IMG/VR virus record: IMGVR_UViG_3300028588_000043
Location: 1-41,129 of that record
Length of the DNA stretch: 41,129 nucleotides
Strand: one strand, 5' to 3'
From: a virus
Lineage: Duplodnaviria; Caudoviricetes
Each line of letters opens with the position of its first letter. Position 1 is the first letter of the stretch. Below, in pieces: positions 7,568 to 15,845 of the stretch. The notes under the pieces are model-generated. The model worked only from the letters and a program-made list of their open reading frames with translations, made no database searches and had not been told where the DNA came from. Position numbers and translations under genes: made by a program.

Positions 7568-7831
7568 ATGGACATTCCCTTCACAATTTCAGGCCTTAGA
7601 AAGGCTGCTGGGCTTACCCAGGCGCAGATTGGTGCGGAGCTTGGGCTTAAGCAAACTTCAATCAGCGACATGGAGGCAGGAAAGGCAGGTACCAAACGAC
7701 CTTCTTACGCTGTCGTAAGTGGACTTCAGCGGCTTGCCGCGCTTCATGGAGTGCCGACGGAGCCTAAGTCTCCGGGCGCTCCGAGTTCTACGCAGCTGTT
7801 TGCAATTGGGGAATGCGCACCGCCCAGATGA
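7568..7831 (+). CDS. cro: Cro-like HTH regulator
   Basis: MDIPFTISGLRKAAGLTQAQIGAELGLKQTSISDMEAGK, divergent from cI. 87 aa. Confidence 0.85.
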   Translation: MDIPFTISGLRKAAGLTQAQIGAELGLKQTSISDMEAGKAGTKRPSYAVVSGLQRLAALHGVPTEPKSPGAPSSTQLFAIGECAPPR

Positions 7832-8054
7832 AAGTGCTTTGATCAAAGCTGGCGGAATCCGACCCAAAAATAAAGTATTCCTGTTTTCTCCATAGCAAAG
7901 CTTCGCCAATACCAATAGGTCGCTCCCTGGAAGGTGAGAGCGCATTCGCTCGGTCTGAAAGTTGCGCATAGGAAATTTACTTTCTGAATGATTTCTGAAG
8001 TGCATCGTAACAAGGTTGTTTTAAATGCAAAACCCTAGGATTTGAAGGAAAACC

Positions 8055-8528
8055 ATGGACTTCCTCAAGGCATACCAAGAAATGATTAAGGTTCACGGCT
8101 GGGCCGGGACCGCTGCCACGCTCGGCATGGCCAAGTCGGCCTTGGAGGCTCGCGTCTATGAGATCAAAGGCTCGGGCATGCGCGTCGATACTGCAATGCT
8201 GATCCAGGCGCATGCCGGCACAACGCACTTCGCTCAAGCAGTCGCGCATGCCACTGGCGGCGTCTACATCGATCTGCCTAAGCCGGATTGCATCCACGGC
8301 GAAGATCTCGACGCTAAATTCCGCAAACTCGTTCGCAAGCTTGGCAAGCTGACTGTGACCTTCGATGAGGCTATCGAGGACAACGTGATCACAAAGTGCG
8401 AACGCGCCGAGTTGGAAGGCATCGCCTAGCAGATGCATAAGACCTTGCAGGAACTGATGGGCTTGATGTTCCACGTGTACTGCGCGCCAGAGACTGGCGA
8501 GAAACAGCCCGAATCCAATGACCGGTGA
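8055..8528 (+). pseudogene. CII-like phage regulatory protein interrupted by an in-frame TAG at 8427-8429
   Basis: Position after cro, with an HTH-like N-terminus and a FDEAIEDNVITKCE motif. The frame continues past the TAG as QMHKTLQELMGLMFHVYC... to TGA 8528, which overlaps the next gene start. Confidence 0.6.
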
Positions 8529-8700
8529 CCTGAATAGCAAGGGGCAGGGCGGTGACGCCTCTGCGCAGCCGGCTCGCCTCTTGCCTGATCCATCGCCAGT
8601 GCACCGCACGGCGGCAGAGAAAATGCTCATTCTGGCGCACATGACCGTCGCCATGATCGAGCTGGACGTTGAAGAAAGGCGCATCCATGGCAACGCGTGA
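8518..8700 (+). CDS. Hypothetical protein
   Basis: 60 aa bridging the CII-like gene and the primase, with overlaps at both ends. Confidence 0.5.
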   Translation: MTGDLNSKGQGGDASAQPARLLPDPSPVHRTAAEKMLILAHMTVAMIELDVEERRIHGNA

Positions 8701-11470
8701 ACAGGTCATTGACCAGATGCGTGCGGCCGGCCTCCCAGCCCTCCCTGACGGGCACCCCATCCTCGATGGGAAGAAGAAACGCTTTGGCCCAGGCAAAAAG
8801 GCTTGGTACATCCTGCGCGAACTCGACCTGCGTAGCGGCAGGCGCGTCATCACCGGTGGCTTCGGCATCTGGCAGGGGGACGACAACAACGCGGTGCCGG
8901 TCACGATCGATTGGGAGGGCGTGTCACCCGAAGAGCGCGCCGAGGCAGAGCGCAAGCAGGCCGAATACCAACGTGCCGAGGCAGAGCAGAAGCAGCGTGA
9001 CGCCGAGCTCGCCGCGAATCGCGCCAAGATGGACTGGAGCAATGCAGCCGAAGGCCAGCACGGCTACCTGGAGCGCAAACGTGTCGGCAGCGAAGGCACG
9101 CGAGTCGACGCCAAAGGGCAGCTGTTGATCCCGGCTCGCAAGTACAGCCATGACGGCGCTGTGATGGCGGCCCTGCAGAAGATTCAGGACGACGGGTCCA
9201 AGCGCTTCAGCTCGGGCGCGGACATGATCGGCGCCTGCTGCCTGCTCGGCCCGGTCGACGCCAGCACGCCACTGATCGAAATCGGTGAGGGCTATGCCAC
9301 GTGCGAAACCGTGCGCATGGCGACCGACTTCGACACGCCGGTCATGGTCGCCTTCAATGCCGGCAACCTCATGCCGGTCGCGCAGCAGCTGCGCCGTGAC
9401 TTCCCCGATGCGCACCTGCTGTTCTTGGCCGACGACGACAGTCGCCTGGTCGCGCGCCTGCGCGAAGCGCTCCTGAAGGATCACGAAGTCGAGTGGACTC
9501 CCGTCATCGACGGCAAGGATTATCAGCTCGAGGCGAAGACCGGCGATGTCGTGCGCGTGTGCGCGATCTGGCGGCAGGACACCACCGGCACCGACTATAT
9601 CGAGGCAGACATCCGCGCCGGCCGTAGCGTCAAAACTCGCAAGTTCGAGAACGCTGGCATCGCGCGTGCCCGGGCCGCCGCCAAGGTCGTCGGCAATTCC
9701 TCGGTCGTTGCGCCGGTATTCGCCGATCGCGCAGCCGACAGCAAGGACTCCGACTTTAACGACCTGTACTTGGTCGAATCGCTGGACGTCGTGCGCGACC
9801 AGGTGCAGGCCGCACGCTCCCGCGCCCTCGCGCAAGAGGCGGCGCCGGCAGTCGACGACAGCGACATCCCGCCGCACTTCGACGACGTGCCGCCTCCGGC
9901 CGAGGCAAGTTCCCCGTCCCCCTCCGAAGGCGAAGCAGTGCCGGTTACCCGGGGTGCATTTACGCTCGAATGGGCGCTCGCACACTGCGCCCTGGTGCAG
10001 GGCACGACGGACGTCTGGGATGCACTGAACAAGCTGCGCATGAAGCGCGGCGGCTTCCAAGACACCGTCGGCAAGGAAGTGGCCAAGGCCTGGCTCGAGC
10101 ATTCGGAACGCCGCTCGATCGACCCGCGCACGCTCCCGGCGACGCGTCGCGGCATCGCAGTCGACGATGAGGGTGGGGTCGACAACATCGTCACGATGCT
10201 GGACCGCTACACGCTGCTGTACGGTACCAAGACGGTCTGGGATGCGGAGAAGCGCACGGTCATCGCATATGACGCGATGGCCCTGGCCCGCGGTAGTGAC
10301 CTCGCCACGCGCTGGCTGGAGCATCGCATGCGCCGCGAGGTCGACCTGGACAAGTTGGTATTCGACCCAACCCAGAAGGTCGAGCTGGCGACGCACATCA
10401 ACATGTTCGGTGGCTTCCCCTTGAAACCACGGAAGGACGAGGCCAAGGCCGGCCTGGCGGTCGCCCTGCTGCAAAGTCTCTGCAGCGGCGAGGGCAACAC
10501 CGAAGCCATTCTGCATTGGGTACTGTGCTGGCTGGCCTACCCTCTGCAGCACCCGGGCGCCAAGATGCAAACGGCGCTGCTGTTCTTCGGCGAGAAGCAG
10601 GGCACCGGCAAGAGCTTGTTCTTCGAGGGGATCGTCAAGCCGATCTACGGCGAGTACGGCGTCACCGGCGGCCAACACCAGCTGGACGCGCAGTACACCG
10701 CATGGCGAAGCCAGAAGCTGTTCGTCCTGTTCGAGGAGATCCTGTCCCGCCAGGACAAGTACAGCCATTTCGGCCTGGTCAAGCACATGATCACTGGCCG
10801 GGATCAGATGGTGACGCAGAAGTTCAAAGATGACCGCACCGAGGCCAACCACATGAACGGCGTGATGCTCTCGAACGAGTTCCAGGCCGTCCCCATTGAA
10901 CCGGACGACCGGCGCTTCCTGGTGAACGAAGCGAAAACGCCGCTTGACGAAGGGTTGCGCCTGGCAATCAAGCGCGAGATCGATGCCGGCCCGGCCCTCA
11001 GCGAGGCCTTCTACGCCTTCCTGCTCGAATATCCGCTCGGCGACTTCGATCCGCACACGAAGCCGCTCATGACGCCATCAAAGGAACGCATGATCACCTT
11101 CGGCCGGCCGGACTGGGAGGTGTTCTACCTCGCCTGGAAGGCCGGCGACCTGGCTGCGCCGTACTGCTCGTGCCTCTCCTCCGACCTCTACACGGTGTAC
11201 GCCCGGTACTGCAACAAGTTCGGCTTCCGCCAGATGACGATCACCAAGTTTGCCGAGCTGATCGCGCAGCGGATCAAGAAGGACCGCCAGTGGATTGCTC
11301 TGGGCGCTTCGATGACCAAGAAGCTGCTGACGGTCTTCCACGTGCCGTGGACTCCTCCGCCTCCTCCAGGTGGGGATAACGTCGACCACACGAAGATCCA
11401 GCCAGAGAAGGAACCCACGCTGAGTGACCAGTGCAAGCGCTTCCGTGACCTGGCCGACATCAAGGAATAG
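8687..11470 (+). CDS. DNA primase-helicase (TOPRIM plus C-terminal P-loop NTPase)
   Basis: TOPRIM motifs EGYAT, AFNAGNL, ADDD and SDFNDL. Walker A GEKQGTGKS and Walker B VLFEE. Likely ATG at 8687. Confidence 0.9.
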   Translation: MATREQVIDQMRAAGLPALPDGHPILDGKKKRFGPGKKAWYILRELDLRSGRRVITGGFGIWQGDDNNAVPVTIDWEGVSPEERAEAERKQAEYQRAEAEQKQRDAELAANRAKMDWSNAAEGQHGYLERKRVGSEGTRVDAKGQLLIPARKYSHDGAVMAALQKIQDDGSKRFSSGADMIGACCLLGPVDASTPLIEIGEGYATCETVRMATDFDTPVMVAFNAGNLMPVAQQLRRDFPDAHLLFLADDDSRLVARLREALLKDHEVEWTPVIDGKDYQLEAKTGDVVRVCAIWRQDTTGTDYIEADIRAGRSVKTRKFENAGIARARAAAKVVGNSSVVAPVFADRAADSKDSDFNDLYLVESLDVVRDQVQAARSRALAQEAAPAVDDSDIPPHFDDVPPPAEASSPSPSEGEAVPVTRGAFTLEWALAHCALVQGTTDVWDALNKLRMKRGGFQDTVGKEVAKAWLEHSERRSIDPRTLPATRRGIAVDDEGGVDNIVTMLDRYTLLYGTKTVWDAEKRTVIAYDAMALARGSDLATRWLEHRMRREVDLDKLVFDPTQKVELATHINMFGGFPLKPRKDEAKAGLAVALLQSLCSGEGNTEAILHWVLCWLAYPLQHPGAKMQTALLFFGEKQGTGKSLFFEGIVKPIYGEYGVTGGQHQLDAQYTAWRSQKLFVLFEEILSRQDKYSHFGLVKHMITGRDQMVTQKFKDDRTEANHMNGVMLSNEFQAVPIEPDDRRFLVNEAKTPLDEGLRLAIKREIDAGPALSEAFYAFLLEYPLGDFDPHTKPLMTPSKERMITFGRPDWEVFYLAWKAGDLAAPYCSCLSSDLYTVYARYCNKFGFRQMTITKFAELIAQRIKKDRQWIALGASMTKKLLTVFHVPWTPPPPPGGDNVDHTKIQPEKEPTLSDQCKRFRDLADIKE

Positions 11471-11488
11471 ACCATGTTCGTCCATCGC

Positions 11489-11727
11489 TTAACAGGGTTT
11501 AACACCGTTGCACCGAAGGTCGATAGCCGGAAAGCCAGCATCCATGCGGGTTCTACAGGGTTAACAGGGTTAGCAGGGGTCGCGGGCGCGCACATGATCG
11601 ATTCACCAAATTCGACTCTCCAAATGCAACACCTTAATAAATCTTCCGTGCGCATGAATAAAACAACGTTAACCCTGTTAACCCTGTTCAAAGACAGCAT
11701 CCATGCGGGTTTCAGCGTAACAGGGTT
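11489..11727. repeat. Iteron-like repeat cluster, candidate replication origin
   Basis: (A)ACAGGGTT occurs at 11491, 11555, 11563 and 11719, and inverted (AACCCTGTT) at 11671 and 11680. A 17-bp direct repeat CAGCATCCATGCGGGTT is at 11536-11552 and 11695-11711. The centre is AT-rich. Confidence 0.7.
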
Positions 11728-11766
11728 TGGTGTCCACGGTGTTATGGCGTGTAAAGGGGCCTGATC

Positions 11767-12525
11767 ATGCGCATCAACATCCAGGACAACTTCCCTTCGG
11801 TGGCCAACAGCCTCAGGCTGCTCGGCCGCCAGGCACCATTCGTCGCCGCAGTCTCGCTGACGCGCTCGGTCAAGGACGCTCAGGTCGCCATCGAGGAAGA
11901 GATGCCACGGGCATTCGACCGTCCGACCAGGTACGCCGTGAAGGGTACGTTCCTGAAGCCAGCGAAGAAGAACGACCTCGAAGCGCGCGTATGGGTTAAG
12001 GACCAGCCGTTTGGCAAGGGCACGCCGGCTGACCGCTTTCTCCTTCCCCAGATCTATGGTGGCGAGCGTGGGCTGAAGGGCATGGAGCGTCTGCTGCAGC
12101 GGTCCGGCCTGATGCCCGTCGGCTGGTTCGCCGTGCCTGCGGCCGGCGCCCAGCTCGACGCCAACGGTAACGTCAAGCGCAGCCAGATCGTCCAGATCCT
12201 GTCGCAGCTGAAGCTGCAGCGTGGTGCGGGCTACGAGTCACGGGCCACCGGCAGCACCAGGTCGAACCGCACGATCGCACGCCAAGGCGTGACCTACTTC
12301 GCACTGGCGAAGAAGTATCGAGGCCTGGAGCCGGGCATCTACCTCAAGCGCAGGTTCGCGGTCGGAACGGCCGTGCGACCGGTGTTCACCTTCGAGCCGA
12401 CGGTGCACTACCGACCGCGTCTGCGCTTCCACGAGGTAGGCGAGCGGACGATCGACCAGCGCTTCCCAGTGCACTTCGATGCTGAGTGGACGAAGGCCGT
12501 GATCAGCGCACGGTTGAGGAGGTAG
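11767..12525 (+). CDS. Basic phage protein upstream of terminase (possible tail-completion-like)
   Basis: 252 aa with phage-core codon usage and a FDRPTRY...LEARVWVKD...LLPQIYGGER pattern. Confidence 0.7.
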   Translation: MRINIQDNFPSVANSLRLLGRQAPFVAAVSLTRSVKDAQVAIEEEMPRAFDRPTRYAVKGTFLKPAKKNDLEARVWVKDQPFGKGTPADRFLLPQIYGGERGLKGMERLLQRSGLMPVGWFAVPAAGAQLDANGNVKRSQIVQILSQLKLQRGAGYESRATGSTRSNRTIARQGVTYFALAKKYRGLEPGIYLKRRFAVGTAVRPVFTFEPTVHYRPRLRFHEVGERTIDQRFPVHFDAEWTKAVISARLRR

Positions 12526-12623
12526 GGCAGAGAACGGCAGAAATTCTGAAATGCAATAGTTTCAAATAAGCAACCTGTCTCTTTTTAGATACAAAAAGCA
12601 TGCGTTAAAAAAATGCAACATCA

Positions 12624-12760
12624 GTACCCCCGGGGTCTAGGTTCTCCCTGGAGGAGAGCGAGCAAGGGTAATTCAGGCCCCGTCATCGCACTAGCGAAAC
12701 CCAAAACAATTTCCTGACAGATATCCTGACAAGTACGAAAAGCACATGCCTAACCTGACA
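12624..12760 (+). other. Candidate cos packaging site region
   Basis: Non-coding region immediately before a lambda-type terminase. AGGTTCT 12639-12645 resembles lambda cosQ (GGGTCCT). CCTGACA is repeated at 12713, 12725 and 12754. Confidence 0.4.
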
Positions 12761-13312
12761 ACCATTGCCGAGTGGGCCAAGACCGTAGGCATTTCCCGCC
12801 AGTCCGCATACGCTGCGGTCGAGCGCTGTGGGATCCCGGTGTTGAACGGGGAGGTCGACCCCGAATACGCGACGCACCTGTACCGCAAGAATACCCGCCA
12901 GCGCGCGAACGGCAACCGCCCTGACTCCCTGGCTTCAGGGGTGCAGCCTGCGAGCGTGGCGGGTTCGGGAGGGGCAGGAGGTGCGGAACCAAAGACCAAG
13001 GTCCCTGGATACGATAGCAGCCGTGCGCGGCGGGAGGCTGCGGAGGCAGAGCTTGCCGAGCTGAAGCTGGCGGAGCAGGCCGGCAGGTTCCTGCTCAGGG
13101 ACGACGTGGATTCATGCGTGTTCGAAGTGGCGCGAGCGCTGCGCGACGGGTTGATGAACTGCGCCCGCCGCATCGCTGCTGACGTTGCCCCGCTGACCAC
13201 CGCCGACGAGTGTGAGGCCGTGATCGACCGCGAGCACCGGATTCTGCTCGAGAGCATGGCGCATACCTTTGGCGAGAAGCTGTCCGTCCAGATCGAGGAA
13301 CTGGCGCAATGA
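12746..13312 (+). CDS. Terminase small subunit (Nu1-like)
   Basis: N-terminal HTH, ARREAAEAELAELKLAEQAG coiled coil, ATGA overlap with the large subunit. Confidence 0.85.
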   Translation: MPNLTTIAEWAKTVGISRQSAYAAVERCGIPVLNGEVDPEYATHLYRKNTRQRANGNRPDSLASGVQPASVAGSGGAGGAEPKTKVPGYDSSRARREAAEAELAELKLAEQAGRFLLRDDVDSCVFEVARALRDGLMNCARRIAADVAPLTTADECEAVIDREHRILLESMAHTFGEKLSVQIEELAQ

Positions 13313-15291
13313 CCGGCCTGCCTCCTGCTGTGAATGTCGTGCGGTCGGCGTGGGCGCGCGGCCTGATGCCGGATCCGAACATGACGGTCGATGCGTGGGC
13401 AGATCGTTACATGATCATCCCGAAAGAGTCGGGCGCCAATGAGGCCGGCAAGTACCGCACCAGCCGTACGCCGCATGCGCGCGCGGTGATGGAGGCGCTG
13501 TCCGATTCCCACTGGTGCAAGGTGGTCGCGCTGATGGGGGCATCCCAGATGCTGAAGACCCAGGTCGGCCTGAACTGGTTTTGCTCGACGGTCCACCAGT
13601 CGCCGGCCAACTTCCTATGGATCCTTCCGACCGGCAAGCTGGCCAAGCGTACCAGCGCGCGCGTCAGCAAGACCATCGCTGCGGTGCCGGAAGTGCGCGA
13701 GCGGGTTGCGGCTCCAAGAGCCCGGGATTCGGTGAACACGCTCGACACCAAGGAATACATCGGCGGATCGCTGCACATCGTCACTGCCGGCGCGGCGGCC
13801 AACCTGTCCGAGATTCCGGCTCGCCGCGTGCTGTTCGACGAGGTGGACCGCGCCGAGAACAACGTCAACGGCGAGGGCGACCCGGTAGCGCTGGCCAAGG
13901 CCCGTCAGACGACCTTCGAGCGCAACCGCAAGAGTTACTTCCCCAGCTCGCCGACCGTCACCGGACAGTCGATCATCGAGCACCTGTTCAAGCAGGGCAC
14001 GCAGCAGGAAGCGCTTGCCGAGTGCGTCCATTGCGGGCATGCGCAGCCGCTGATCTTCGAGCGGCTGCAGCAGGACGATGCCGGCCAAGCTATCTACCCT
14101 TGTATCGATTGCGGCGCGGTCATGTACGAGACCGACAAGAATCGCATGTTCGCGCGCGGCCTGTGGTCTGAAGGTGTGCGTGGTGATGGCGAGACCGTCA
14201 GCTTCACGATCAACGCCATGTTCGCACCGTATGGCTGGCTGCCCTGGATCGCGTTGCTGCGCGAATACCGTGCCGCCCGGGCAAAGTTGGAGGAAGGCGA
14301 CGAAGAGCTCATGATCACGTTCTACAACACGCGCCTGGCGCGGTGCTGGGAGCGGAAGAAAGAGCAGACCAAGGCGAGCGAGCTGCAGGAGCGCGCCGAC
14401 ACCTACAAGCTTGGCACAGTGCCGAAGGGCGGCCTGATGCTGGTGTGCACCGTCGATACGCAACCTGACCGCCTCGAGGCGAAGGTCCTTGCATGGGGCG
14501 AGGGCATGGAAGGGTTCGTCGTCGACTACCAGGTGTTGTCCGGCTCGCCGTCCGAGCAGGCGGTGTGGGACCGGCTCGACAACGACGTGCTGCTGGCGAA
14601 GTATCGGCATGCCGGCGGACGTGATCTGCCGATCTCGGCCGCGTTCATCGACTCCGGCGGTGCCAACACGCACGACGTCTACAACTTCACGCGTACCCGC
14701 CAGCATCGCCATGTCTACGCGATCAAGGGCGCATCAATCCTGAACAAGCCGATCCTCAGTGCGAAGCCGTCGCTGGTCGACGTCAACTGGCAGGGCAAGA
14801 CCATGCCGCACGGCGCGAAGCTCTGGCTGATCGGTACCGACACGGCCAAGGATTACCTGGCGGCGCGTTACCACCTGGTCGCCGGCCCGGGTGCGATTCA
14901 CTTCCCTGCAGGTCTGCCGGTCGAGTACTACGAGCAGCTGACTGCCGAATATTGCGTCACCGCGTACAAGCGCGGGCGCAAGGTGCGCATATGGGAAAAG
15001 AAAAAAAGCGACCGCAACGAGGCGGGCGACCTCATGGTGTACGCCGTGGCTTGTGCACATTACCTGGGCCTGCACAAGAAAACCGCAGCCCAGTGGAAGC
15101 AGCTACGAGAGTTCGTCGACCCAGACACCAAGGACCTGTTCCAAGATCCGCCGCCGGCCGTTGCCGGCACCGATAACGATAACGCCACCACGGCACCAGT
15201 CCAAACCTCACCACGTACTGAATCATGGCCGAACTCGAAACCTCAGCCCCGATCCAACCCTCCACGCCGTCCAGCCGGAAGGCAGTGGTGA
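13309..15291 (+). CDS. Terminase large subunit, lambda GpA family
   Basis: 660 aa with ASQMLKT Walker A, LFDEVD Walker B, SSPT, CxxC pairs, VDTQ, IDSGG and RNEAGD nuclease motifs. Confidence 0.95.
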   Translation: MTGLPPAVNVVRSAWARGLMPDPNMTVDAWADRYMIIPKESGANEAGKYRTSRTPHARAVMEALSDSHWCKVVALMGASQMLKTQVGLNWFCSTVHQSPANFLWILPTGKLAKRTSARVSKTIAAVPEVRERVAAPRARDSVNTLDTKEYIGGSLHIVTAGAAANLSEIPARRVLFDEVDRAENNVNGEGDPVALAKARQTTFERNRKSYFPSSPTVTGQSIIEHLFKQGTQQEALAECVHCGHAQPLIFERLQQDDAGQAIYPCIDCGAVMYETDKNRMFARGLWSEGVRGDGETVSFTINAMFAPYGWLPWIALLREYRAARAKLEEGDEELMITFYNTRLARCWERKKEQTKASELQERADTYKLGTVPKGGLMLVCTVDTQPDRLEAKVLAWGEGMEGFVVDYQVLSGSPSEQAVWDRLDNDVLLAKYRHAGGRDLPISAAFIDSGGANTHDVYNFTRTRQHRHVYAIKGASILNKPILSAKPSLVDVNWQGKTMPHGAKLWLIGTDTAKDYLAARYHLVAGPGAIHFPAGLPVEYYEQLTAEYCVTAYKRGRKVRIWEKKKSDRNEAGDLMVYAVACAHYLGLHKKTAAQWKQLREFVDPDTKDLFQDPPPAVAGTDNDNATTAPVQTSPRTESWPNSKPQPRSNPPRRPAGRQW

Positions 15292-15581
15292 GGATCGAAG
15301 TCATCGACAATCCTGACCTGGTCGACGCGATTTTCAAGCGCCTGGCCGAGGTTATGCCCGAGCTGGCCCCGCGCTTGGACCAGGTAGAGGCTGCGGTGCG
15401 CGTCGAATTCCAGGGCATAGAAACCTACATCGCGCGGCGATCACCGGCGCGCCGACGTCAGCGCACCGAACAGGTGCTGCAGCTCTTCAACGGCCGCAAC
15501 GTAGCAGACGTCGCGCGCGCGCTCGGGATCGGCCGCACCACCGTATACCGCATCCTCAGGCAGGCAGGGGTGAAGGAATAA
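15288..15581 (+). CDS. Mor/C-family transcription activator (late gene regulator)
   Basis: EFQGIETYI...FNGRNVADVARALGIGRTTVYRIL matches the Mu Mor/C pattern. The GTG start overlaps the terminase stop. Confidence 0.8.
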   Translation: MRIEVIDNPDLVDAIFKRLAEVMPELAPRLDQVEAAVRVEFQGIETYIARRSPARRRQRTEQVLQLFNGRNVADVARALGIGRTTVYRILRQAGVKE

Positions 15582-15625
15582 CCGTCCCATTTTTCCGAGA
15601 AATGGCACTGTCATGTCGCTACCCT
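15582..15625 (+). promoter_or_regulatory. Late promoter motif, copy 1
   Basis: CCGTCCCATTTTTCCGAGAAATGGCACTG 15582-15610, then TACCCT at 15620-15625. Confidence 0.75.
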
Positions 15626-15632
15626 TGCCGGC

Positions 15633-15845
15633 ATGGCCCTCTCTCAAACCGATCTGGACGCGCTTGACCTGGCGATCGCCCGCGGCACATTGTCCGTGAC
15701 GTTCGACGGCCGCACGCACACCTACCAGAACACCACACAACTGCTTCTTGCCCGCGATCACGTAGCGCGCGTCGTCAACTCGGGATCGCAGAACCGCGGC
15801 CCGACTGCCTTCCGCTTTCGGTTCACCACGTCGAGGGGCGACTAA
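15633..15845 (+). CDS. Head-tail joining protein, gpW-like
   Basis: 70 aa, LDALDLAIARGTLSVTFDGRTHTYQN, located between terminase and portal. Confidence 0.85.
   Translation: MALSQTDLDALDLAIARGTLSVTFDGRTHTYQNTTQLLLARDHVARVVNSGSQNRGPTAFRFRFTTSRGD

Noticed and set aside
7495-7695. N-terminal extensions of cI (to 7695) and cro (from 7367) in the ORF track
   Set aside because: They overlap each other and the promoter/operator region. The HTH domains begin at 7494 and 7568.
7832-8054. AT-rich gap between cro and the CII-like gene, and ORF 7658..8005 on the minus strand
   Set aside because: No convincing RBS, motif or stable structure. It may hold a PRE-like promoter, but I cannot support a specific call.
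8427-8429. Genome-wide amber stop-codon reassignment
   Set aside because: TAG serves as an ordinary stop at other genes (2819, 11470, 12525, 26187, 39857), so the single internal TAG is more simply a point mutation.
8924-11056. 710-aa minus-strand ORF, and similar long antisense ORFs at 21004..23160, 26975..28720, 28832..30934, 32406..34442, 15923..17260 and 24161..25477
   Set aside because: They are antisense shadows of well-supported plus-strand genes. High-GC codon usage depletes stops on the opposite strand, and no motifs are recognisable.
11489-11727. Possible CRISPR mini-array (17-bp direct repeat)
   Set aside because: Only two short copies 159 bp apart, no regular spacers and no cas genes.
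11474-11764. 96-aa ORF across the repeat array
   Set aside because: Its sequence mirrors the DNA repeats and lacks phage-core codon bias. It is better explained as cis-acting DNA, though translation is not excluded.
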